Position numbers and translations under genes: made by a program. Shown piece by piece: positions 12,601-24,600 of a DNA stretch of 64,000 bases. The stretch's first letter is position 1. Each line of letters opens with the position of its first letter. Below the pieces are notes generated by a model, which saw only the letters and a program-made list of their open reading frames with translations, had not been told where the DNA came from and did not search any database. Source of the DNA: Malacoraja senta (Eukaryota); contig CM075987.1 in NCBI GenBank assembly GCA_038087875.1, positions 21,950,001 through 22,014,000 of the forward strand. Reading direction: 5' to 3'.

Positions 12601-15600
12601 AATGGGGTGCCGCAAGGCTCGATGCTGGGACTCCAGTTATTTGCAATATATATGAACAATTTAGACGAGGAAATTAAATGTGATGTCTCCCAGTTTGCGG
12701 ATGGCATAAGGCTTGGTGGCAGTGCGAGCTGCGATGAGGATACTATGTGGCTGCAGGGTGACTTGGATAAGTTTGATGAGTTGGCAGATGCATGACAGAT
12801 GCAGTATAATGAGGATAAATGTGAGATTATCCACTTTGGTGGCAAGAACAGGAAGGCAGATTATTAAATGAATGGTGTTAGATTAGGAAAAGGGGAGGTG
12901 CATCGAGACCTGGGTGTGCTTGTACATCAGGCAAAGAAAGCGAATGGCATATTGGCCTTCATTGCAAGATGATTTGAGTTTAGGAGCAAAGAGGTCCTAC
13001 TGCGGTTGTACAGGGTCCTGGTGAGACCACACCTGGAGTATTGTGTGCAATTTTGATGTCCTAATTTGAGGAAGGACATTATTGCTATTGAGGGAGTGCA
13101 GCGTAGGTTCACCAGGTTAATTCCCGGGATGGTGGGACTGACATATGATGAAAGAATGGGTCGACTGGGCTTGTATTCACTGGAATTTAGAAGGATGAGA
13201 GGTGATCTTATAGAAACATATAAAATTCTTAGGATTGGACACGCTAGATGCAGGAAAAATGTTCCCGATGTTGGGGAAGTCCAGAACCATGGGTCACAGT
13301 TTAAGAATAAGGGGTAGGCTATTCAGGACTGAGATGAGGAAAAATGTCTTCATCCAGAGAGTTGTGAATCTGTGGAATTTTCTGCCACAAAGGCAGTGGA
13401 GGCCAATTTACTGGATGTTTTCAAGAAAGATTTAGATTTAGCTCATAGGGCTAAAGGAATCAAGGGATATAGGGAAAAAGCAGGAATGGGGTACTGATTT
13501 TAGATGATCAGCCATGATCATATTGAATGGCAGTGCTGGCTCGAAGGGCTGAATGGCCTACTCCTGCACCTATTTTTCAATGTTTCTATACTTTGCATTG
13601 TTCAATAGAGGATGGGGTAAGCATAATTTTAAGAGTTGTTATGTACATGACTGCTTTCTTGTTCTAAAAAGTGTTTATTGGTTAGTGTTTTGGAAGTGTA
13701 GTCACTGTTGTAAAATAGGAAACATCACATTTACACATGGCAAGAAATGCTCGAACAATGTAATAATAAGGTATGCACAAAATAAACACACAAAATAATA
13801 AGGTAGACACCAAGTAAACACACAGCAGTCTGAAGAAGGGTCTCGACCCGTAACGCCACCCATTCTTTCTCTCCAGAGATGCTGCCTGTCCCGCTGAGGT
13901 ACTCCAGCATTTTGTCTGTTTCCGATTTAAACCAGCATCTGCAGTTCTTTCCTACATGTAATAATAAGGTTGAAGAAAGAACTGCAGATGCTGGAAAAAT
14001 CGAAGGTTGACGAAAAAGCTGGAGAAACTCAGTGGGTGAGGCAGCATCTATGGAGCGAAGGAATTGGCGACGTTTCGGGTCGAGACCCTTCTTCAGACTG
14101 ATTTTGGGTGGGGGGGGGAGGGGAGGGAAAAAGAAAGGAAGAGGCGGAGACAGTAGGCTGGGGGAGAGCTGGGAAGGGGAGGGGAAGGAAGGAGAAAGCA
14201 AGGACTACCTGAAATTGGAGAAGTCAATGTTCATACCGCTGGGGTGTAAACTACCCAAGCAAAAATAATAAGGTAATCTGTTTTAATTGTATCGCTTAAG
14301 GAATTATGAATTGTCAGGGCACTAGAGGATGGTGAGGAGAGTACCTCCTATCTTCCTGAGAAAACAAACAAAAGCAAGGTTTAATATCTCTGAAACATGG
14401 TGCCAACTGATTCAGAGATGAGAATAGTATCATTGAAACGTGGCATCCTGTAATACACTGAATTATCTTGTTGCAGGCTGAGATACTGATAGATGACTGT
14501 TCAAGCATAACATTTGATAACAAGTTTGAAATTGTGACCAGTAATTTTGTTATTGATTTATGGCATTTGGGGTGAAAAAAATGCCATAAATTTAATAAAT
14601 AACTTTACTACATTTGAAATGTTTATTATTAAAAGAAAACAGCAAGCTACGCATGTTATAATTGGTTAAGAACATTTGAAGTGGAGTCAAGGTTTGATGC
14701 ATCAAACTGTGGCACCAAGATACAGGAGGAGATTAAAAAAACAAATTGCTGAAGGAACTCCAGTAGGTCAGGCAACGAAAATGGACATTTGATGTTTTGG
14801 GTTGAGACCCTTCCTCTGGCTTGAAAGAGTGGCTGGAGATGACCAGTTTAATGGGGTAACCAAGTGGATCAATAGGTGAGGAGAGATGGAGTAAGTAAGA
14901 TGGGGAAGTCAAGGCTGGAAATAATGAGGCTGAGATGTAACCTTGGAATGTGATGGGAAAGGATTGGCTACAGGGTCTGACTTCTGAATCTGAAGGTGTG
15001 GTTTCAATTCCTCCAACATTATGTATATTGGAAGAGTAATGCACTGTTTGAGATGCTGTCTTTCAGTTAAGACATTCAGTGTTGAACAGTCTCCCGTCTC
15101 CTGGTTGGTGTAGATCCTTTGGTACTTTTTGAAAATATTTGCCCCTCTATCAATATTGCTTAATTGGAATCTTTAAAACAAATACAAGAGTTTATCTTAT
15201 ATTTTTCATGACCTCTGGATTATCTCAAAGCATTTTATGGCCAGCTTTGCACTTTTGAAGTGCTATAGAGTACTTCCTGAGGTCACACGGTATAATAAGT
15301 CCTTTTATTTGTTATGGGCAGTTTTTTGTGTTTGGCTTTTTAAAGGGGCATTTCCTTTGCTTTTCATTGTGCTAATAGTCAACTATATAATGTGCACCTT
15401 GCTTTTGTTTTATTCTGCTTGGTTGGAGCAGATCATTTTTGTTATTACTCCACTGTTGTTTACTCAACCTTCCCAGCTGATGCCTAACATGTTGCATGTT
15501 CCATAAGCATCTGACATTCTGAGATCCACTATTTGTTTATAAAGGCTTCTAATGTGTCCAATTTTCCCATTTGTATTTAAAATATTCGTGTATACATATT

Positions 15601-18600
15601 TATCCACTGTTTAATATTAAAACAGAAAATCCTGGAAGTACTCAGTAGATCAGACAGCATCTGTACTATTTTGCTTTTGGATCACTTGGCTGCTATAAAT
15701 CTCCAAAATATGAGTTTACTATCCTCCATCTTTTTGGATTATTTCTCTTGCTCCAAGCGCAATAACTAATTAACTTAATATACTAGTGAGCCTGACTTGA
15801 AACGGCTCACAGTTGCTGTGGCTGGCCATGACTGTGATCATGGAGGAGTCTCAGGATTCGAATGTACTTTTCAGGGCATCCATAGGTGGATAGGACGCCC
15901 CCTAAGAGTTTCCTTGATACCGAGTCGAAGGCCTCAGTGAGGTTGATGAATGCCATGTACAAAGTTGTTCATGACATTTTTCTTGTAGTTGACGCATTGT
16001 GAAGATCATGTCGGCTGTTCCACGTGATGGTCTAAAACTGGCTTGTGTCTCCGGAAGGATCTTCTTGGCTAAGTCAGATCAGGAGTGAAACAGGGATGCG
16101 TGATTGCCCCTACACTGTTCACCATCTTCATTGCGACAACCATCCACATCATCAAGGACGACCTACCCCCAGGAATCGAAATCATCTACAGAACAGATGG
16201 CAGACTTTTCAATCTTGCCTGTCTCGTCCAAAACTAAGACATCTATGAGCTCCCTCATCGAGTTCCAATACGCAGACGACAACTGTGTTGCAGATCTCTC
16301 AGAAAATCATCTGCAACAGATCCTGACTGCCTTCAACAGTGCAAACACAAACTCGTATTTACCATCAACTCCAAGAAGACTCGGGTTATCTACCAATCGT
16401 CACCAACTGCGACAAATCGGAGAGAACCATCAATTCAACTTGGTGAAACAACCCTGGAAAATGTGGATCATTTTCCGTACCTTGGAAGTCAATGTCGACC
16501 TCCTCCAATGTCGACCTTGATGACGAGATCCAACATCGTCTTAAGTGTGCTGGAACAGCTTTTGGACGTCTTTGAACGAGAGTCTTTCAAAATCGTGACA
16601 TCCGAACAGACACCAAAATGTTAATGTACAAAGCAGTGGTGATTCCAACTCTCTTGTATGCATCAGAAATCTGGACAATATACCGACGCCATCTGAAAAC
16701 ACTTGAAAAGTTCCATCAACGATGTCTTTGAAGCAGCTTAAATATCAGCTGGGAAGACAGAAGAACCACGTCAGCGTGCTGAATGAAGCAAAAACACCTA
16801 GCATCGAAGCCTTCATCATCAAGAACCAACTAAGATGGGTCGGTCATGTTGTTCGGATGGAAGACGAGCGTCTACCAAAGCAAGCCTTCTACTCCCAGCT
16901 TAAAGAAGGCAAACGTAAAAGAGGCGGACAAAAGAAGCGATTCAAAGACGCCTTAAAAGCCAACATGAAGAAATGTGAAATCGACATCAACAGTTGGGAA
17001 ACCAATGCCAAGGACAGGAAACTCTGGCGAACCATCATCCAAGAAGGAACAGCGACCTTCGAAGCCAAGAGATGTGCAGAATTAGAAGTAAAGCGAAGAA
17101 AACGGAAAGAGAGGCAGCAACAACCATAGCCCGATCTGCCATCCGGAATTACGTGTCCTGAATGCCGAAGAACTTTCAAAGCCAGGATTGGACTCATAAG
17201 GCACGTGAGAGTCGATAAAAACAACGGAACATAGACCATCATCCTCGACCTTGAGGGATAGCCACGACGACTAGTGAGCCAAGATTTGCCTTTGTAATGA
17301 ATCAGCAACATACCAAAGTGTATGGTCCACTTAAACTTCCCCTTTCCAGTTACTTAATTCCAGTAGCATTTGAGTTCTTTTTTGCATGATCATTGAACTT
17401 CCCCTCCAACCTCTTTGCCTCAACTTCTTGTAGTGGAAAAGCAAAAACAAAAAGTGGCGGATGTTCGAAACCTGAAAAAAAGACAAAATTTGCTCAGCAA
17501 GTCAGGCAACATTTGTGCATTTTGGCTCACTGGGATTTGCAGTAGAGTTCCACACTTGTAATATTCTTTGAGCAACTATTTGATTTATTAGTGAGTATGT
17601 TAATGCCTTCTAATTTTGCCTCCACCTAGCCCCTCAACATGTAGAAAACAAATTCTACTCTTCTGTCCTTTTGAACTTGTTATCCTAAAGGCTTATCACT
17701 GGATCAATTCTCAGCCTTCTATTTTCTAAAGGGAAAAACCTTGGTCTTTTCAGCCTTTCTTACTAACTCCAGTCTCTGGCATTGTACCAAGAAATCTTTT
17801 GCAACTTTTCTAATACATTAATCTTCTATTTACAGTGCCATTTTTGTTTGGGACAAAGACCCATCATTTATTTATTTGCCTCTGTACTCCACAATTTAAG
17901 ATTTGTAATAGATTTGTAATAGAAAAAATCACATGTGGTTAAAGTGCACAGTCAAATTTAATGAGGGCCATTTTTATGCATTTTGGTTTCACCATGTAGA
18001 AATTACAGCAGTGTTTATACATAGTCCCCTCATTTCAGGGCACCATAATGTTTGGGACACAGCAATGTCATGTGAATGAAAGTAGTCATGTTTAGTATTT
18101 TGTTTCATATCCTTTGCATGCAATGACTGCTTGAAGTCTGCAATTCATGGACATCACCAGTTGCTCGGTGTCTTCTCTAGTGATGCTCTGCCAGGCCTAT
18201 ACTGCAGCCATCTTTAGCTTATGCTTGTTTTGGGGGCTAGTCCCCTTCAGTTTTCTCTTCAGCATGTAAAAGGCATGCTCAATTGGGTCCAGATCGGGTG
18301 ATTGGGCAATAGACAATAGGTGCAGGAGTAGGCCATTCGGCCCTTCGAGCCAGCACCGCCATTTAATGTGATTGACTTGGCCACTCAAGAATTGACCATT
18401 TTTTAGCTTTGAAAAACTCCTTTGTTGCTTTAGCAGTATGTTTGGGATAATTGTCTTGCTGTAGAATAAATCGCACGCCAATGTGTTTTGAGGCATTTGT
18501 TTGAACTTGAGCAGATGGGATGTGTCTATACACTTCAGAGTTCATTATGTTACTACCATTAGCAGTTATATCATCAACGAAGATAAGTGAGCCAGTACCT

Positions 18601-21600
18601 TCAGCAGCAATACATGCCCAGGCCATAACACCCCCACCACCGTGTTTCACAGATAAGGTGATATGCTTTGGATCTTGGGCAGTTCCTTCTCTCCTCCAAA
18701 CTTTGCTCTTGCCATCACTCTGATAAAAGTTAACCTTCATCTCATCTGTCCACAAGAACTTTTTCCAGGACTGTGGTTGCTCTTTTAAGTACTTCTTGGC
18801 AAACTGTAACCTGGCCATCCTATTTTTGCGGCTAACCAGTAGTATTCATCTTGCAGTGTAGCCTCTGTATTTCTGTTCATGAAGTCTTCTGCAGACAGTG
18901 GTCATTGACAAATCCACGCCTGACTCCTGAAGAGTGTTTTTGATCTGTCGGACAGGTGTTTGGGGATTTTTCTTTCTTATAGAGAGAATTCTTCTGTTAT
19001 CAGCTGTGGAGGTCTTCCTTGGCCTGCCAGTCACTTTGCGATTAGTAAGCTCACCAGTGCTCTCTTTCTTCTTAATGATGTTCCAATCAGTTGATTTTGG
19101 TAAGCCTTAGGTTTGGCTGATGTATCTAACAGTTTTATTCTTGTTTCTCTGTCTCATAATGGCTTCATTTAACTTTCATTGGCACAACTTTGGTCCTCAT
19201 TTTGATAAACAGCAATAAAAGTTTCCAAAGGTGATGGAAAGACTAGGTGCTGAGAGCTCTCTTATACCTGCATTAAGGAGGCATTTACACACACTTGAGC
19301 AATTACAAACATATGTGAATCCATGTGATCCAAACACAATGATGCCCTGAAATGGGGGGACTATGTATAAACACTGCTGTAATTTCTTCATGGTGAAACC
19401 AAAATGTATAAAAATGGCCTTTATTAAAATCTGACAATGTGCACTTTAAGCACATGTGATTTTTTTTTCTATTACAAATCTCAAATTGTCGACTACAGAG
19501 GCAAATAAATAAATGATGGGTCTTTGTCCCAAACATTATGGAGGGCACTGTATGTGGAATGGTCCAGTTAAGCATCACTGAGGGAAGAGAGAGAGAGGAT
19601 GAGAAATTGAGTTGTTGTCAAACTTGACCTGATATCTGCATTTTCCACTCTGTTATTAAATGGTGACCACATGGTGACCACAAATTAAGATTATTAGCTG
19701 AGATATATTTATTTAATTGGTTTTGCAACCAATGATTGAGAAATCCTTCCGAGTGCGCTTTCAATATTGTGCTTGTACTGTAAGCACAGACTGTACGCAT
19801 GGGACTGGATTGATACTTGAACCCATGGTATCTGACAAGCATGTTGGCAAAGGAAGAGGAGGTAGCAACTTTTTTATTCTCTCAGTAACAATTTGGATTT
19901 ATTTAGCACCAATATTTCGCAGTAAAATGTTCCGTGAGATTAGATGTTCTGTCAACAATTAGAAATTGAATGAGGCAAATAGAACCAGAAGTTTAATCAA
20001 AAGCGTTTTAAGGAGTGTCTTACAGAATCAGCGAGAGGAAGGTTCGGAGAGGGATTTCTGTAACGCGCATGCAGTCTGCAAGTCTGTCCACCAGTTGGTT
20101 GGCAATTCAAACTGGTGGAGTGCAAATAATTTTGGAAGATTTTAAGGATGTTACAAACAACTGGATGAAATCAAGGGAGGATTTGAAAACAAGCACAAGA
20201 ATCTTGAAATAAGTTAATTGCCAAATGTTACAGGTTCACAAACACTTGATAGATGAACAGGGCAGCTTGAATCGGGACACCTGAAGCAGGATTTTAGTTG
20301 CCCTAAGGTTTGTAGAGGATAAAACAAGGTGGGATAGTCAGGAGTCTCTTTCATAATAGTCAAGGCTAAAGGTTAGAGATATACAAATAAGAAATTTGGC
20401 AGCAGATGAACTGTAGCAAGAGTGGAGATGGGCAGTCGACTTATTGCGGTTGAATGTGCTGCCAGAATTATGAAAGTACTCTCTTCAGCCTTTAGTGCTG
20501 GCGAAAGGGATGAAGTAAGCTAAAAGGGAATAGAATTGTGGTGGGACAGAGACGATGGGTTTCGTGCATCCAGTATTTAATTTTACTGGTGTCTTTCTCA
20601 GAGCAGCATTTGATAATCCCAGGGTTTTGATCATTCATATTTTCAGTCAAAAATTTCAGCTAAGCAACACTGGGGAGAGTTTAAGTACTTTATACATTTG
20701 CATTAATGTTTTTTTTTAATCATTGTGTTGCATGGCCCTAAACATACAATAATCTTTCTGGCTCTTCAGATGACCTTGCAGGAAAGGTGCTTGCATATTT
20801 AAGTCTCGTACCGGTATTTATCCTTTTTGGTTTCGTCACACTCATCGTGTTTAAGAGGGAGCTGCACTCTGTAAGTATTAGAGTTTTTGAAATCTTTTTC
20901 TTGTTAATGGCTAGGAATGTTTGCTCTAATCGTCTTAATGTTGATTTTCCCAAATACGACTTAAAAGCAATGTGTTTGAATTTTAATACAGTGCTCAATT
21001 GTATTCATGCAATTTTTAATATCCCTTAGTGATAAATATTTAATAATTTATAACATTTGCAAGGTACTGCAAAATGATGTATTCAACAATTATTTATCAT
21101 TAGTTCACTAATTAAATTATGCTTCTTGAATCCCAGAAGTAAATAGATTATATACATTTATTGCACTTTGTTTTGTCTGTGCTGTCAAATTAGTGATCAA
21201 AAACCTTAATTCATTGACAGTGGGGTAGGTCACCTGTATCTGGCTCCTAGATAAAATATATGGTGGGTGCAAAGAACGGAGATAAATGGAAGATACACAG
21301 TTCTCTTATAATTGTGGTCGGTGTATTCAATGCTGTACACTCAAGCCCACCAATCCACATTATTCTTCTCTTTCCAACCCAAATAATAATTCTAATCAGT
21401 GATTTTGTTAGAAATATCTGTTGGTTTACGTGAACAAACTGAAAAAATTGAATAGAACAATTGGATCCTGGAAACTGAATGAAGCGTGAAGTGTGTGCAA
21501 TTAACATTTTATAAAAGCTGAGCAAGCATGCGGTTGAAAAGCTCAAAGGTTCATACGGTTCAAAGGTTGATTTGTTCAAGAAGATGGTCTGAGCACTAGA

Positions 21601-24600
21601 TCTTCCTGAATGGCTGCAGTTGAATTAGATGGAGCAGACATTGAGAGCCCAGAATGCAGGCAGAATGATTACCTAGCTTACCTGCCAATGGCCAGGGAGA
21701 AAATGGCAACAACTCAAATTTTACGGCTTCCCCATTCAGCCACTTTCCCAGTCTGAAGAAGGGGCTCGACCCGAAACGTCACCCATTCCTTCTCTCCAGA
21801 GATGCTGCCTGTCCCGCTGAGTTACTCCAGCTTTTTGTGTCTATTCCCAATTACCTTGTCTGTCTCAAACTTCAATTGTTCTCCTATATTTTTGATGTAT
21901 AATAATGGTTTCTAATAATTTCAGTATTTGTATTAATCTCTGTGCATGTCGCAGGATGCATTGATAAATTGATTTTTGATTTACTCCATTCTGTTCACAG
22001 ATTTTGAAGGGATTTGTAAGTGTCTTTCTTCGTTTAGGGTTGGTAGTAAAGGATGGTAAGAATTGTAGCAATGAAAGCATATGCCATCGTGAACAGTAAA
22101 GTGTTTGATGATGGAATGTTTTAAAAACACATGTGCACGAAAAGCATTTAAATTTCTAAATTCTGTTGTTTTGTTTCAGATTTCATTCCTCTGTGGTTTG
22201 GTACTAAATGAAATCTTCAATTGGGTAATTAAGAATGTGATCAAAGAGCCCAGGCCATGCCAAGGTGAGAGACATTCATTGTTCTAAATGTTTCTATTCA
22301 TTTCTATTTCATGAGTGAATTATCTTTTGAGATTCTTTAACAACCAGAATACTGTGCTTTCTGATGTGCAAGTTACCATTTTACATGATAAAGCATACCG
22401 GCCAGACATGCAAATCTTTTTTTATAATTCTAAAGACATTTCATGCTTAAACATTGAATATGGATTAGTTAAAGTAGTTACTGAGCCTGATGGTGGATTG
22501 GGATTAGCAAATTGTTACTTGGTAAATGTTGGCATTACTGAATCCATTGCCTTTCATATGATTTAGAAATTCCTGCAAGCTATTGCAGTTCAAACCTAAT
22601 ATTTGAAAACAAGTTTTTTAAAAGGCTTATGTACATGGAAAATGTTTTCTTTATCAGTCACAATGTTATGCCCCAATGATGATAGGTGTTTCTTGTCATA
22701 CGCACAAATACACGAGGTACACGTACAATGAAGATCTTGCAGCAGTATCACAGGCATATAAATTCTGATTAACATGCCAAACATAAATCATGCATAAATT
22801 GTTAGTTAACTCTTGACGAAAGTGTTAACGTGCTCCTAAACAGTAGATGGGTCTATGGGGGTTCTTTACTATGTTGAGCTGCTACACTCAGGTTGCTATT
22901 CGTAGCCTGCGCGGCAGATACTGACCAAAATAATGCTAAAAATAATGGCTTTCAAACTGCACAACACGCCTCCCGGAGGAACTGTCACTGATACTGAGCA
23001 ATTTTGTCAACAATAATTATGGAATTTGTATCGTAAAGAATCCGTTCTCGGATTGATTCTACAGGATCTTTAGGAAATAGCTTGACCATTTAGTCTTTAA
23101 GAAGGAACTGCAGATGCTGGAAAATCGAAGGTAGACAAAAGTGCTGGAGAAACTCAGAAGGTGCAGCAGCATCTATGGAGCGAAGGAAATAGGCAACGTT
23201 TCGGGCCGAGACCCTTCTTCAGTCTGAAGAAGGGTTTTGGCCCGAAACGTTGCCTATTTCCTTCGCTCCATAGATGCTGCTGCACCCGCTGAGTTTCTCC
23301 AGCACTTTTGTCTACCTTTGGCCATTTAGTTGGTGTTTTTGCCATATTATAATGTCTGCATAGAAGCAGTTTAAGCAATTAACCGTAACATGACATCAAG
23401 GGAATTTCCATTCCTGACGCTGAATGAGTAGTTCACTGCTTGTGGTGCAATTACCTCTGAAGTGCAATTTAATGATGTCATATTATCCAATCGAAGTCTC
23501 AGAATCCAACTGCTCATATTTTCAAAACATAAAGATATTGGTCTGAGTGTCCTTCGAGTTGGCAGGTAAATTATAATCAGAATGCCATTGGTGTTCTTTG
23601 CATGGGATCCGATGGAAAAAGAAGGATCCTATAAAATTAAGGTCAGGAAGCTTCAGTCAAACAAAGCATTTTCTTCAAATACAAAAATCATTGCAATGTA
23701 GAAGTAAGAACAGAAAATGCTTATGAAGCAGGAAATAGAATTAACGATGAAAGGCACAGGTGATTAGTGGGCAAAATTAGAGCACATGGTATTGGGGGTA
23801 GGGTATTGACATGGATAGAGAATTGTTTGGCAGACAGGAAACAAAGAGTAGGAATAAACGGGTCCCTATCAGAATGGCAGGCAGTGGCGAGTGGAGTGCC
23901 GCAAGGCTCGATGCTGAGGCTGCAACTATTTACAATATATATTAATGATTTAGATAATGGGATTAAAAGTAACACTAGCAAATCTGAAGATGACACAAAG
24001 CTGGGTTGGCAGTGTGAATTGCGAGGAGGTTGTAGGGTGACTTGGACAGGTTGAGTGAGTGGGCAGATGCAGTATAATGTAAATAAATGTAAGGTTATCC
24101 ACTTTGGCAGCAAGAACAAGGAGGCAGATTATTATGTCAATGGTGTCAGATTAGGAAAAAGGGAAATGCAACGAGACCTGGGTGTCCTTGCATACCAGTC
24201 ACTGAAAGTAAACATGCAGGTACAGCAGGCAGTGAAGAAAGCTAATGGCATGTTGGCCTTCATAACCAGAGGATTTGAGTATAGGTGTAAAGAGGTCCTT
24301 CTGCAGTTGTACAGGGTCCTGGTGAGGCCACATCTGGAGTATTGTGTGCAGTTTTGGTCTCCTAATTTGAGGAAGGACATCCTTGCTAGATGCAGGAAAA
24401 ATGTTCCCAATGATTGGGGAGTCCAGAACCAGGGGCCACAGTCTAAGAATAAAGGGGAGGCCATTTAAAACTGAGATGAGAAACAACTTTTTCAACCAGA
24501 GAGTTGTGAAATTGTGGAATTCTCTGCCACAGAAGGCAGTAGAGGCCAATTCACTGGATGAATTTAAAAGAGAGTTATAGAGCTCTAGGGGCCAGTGGAA

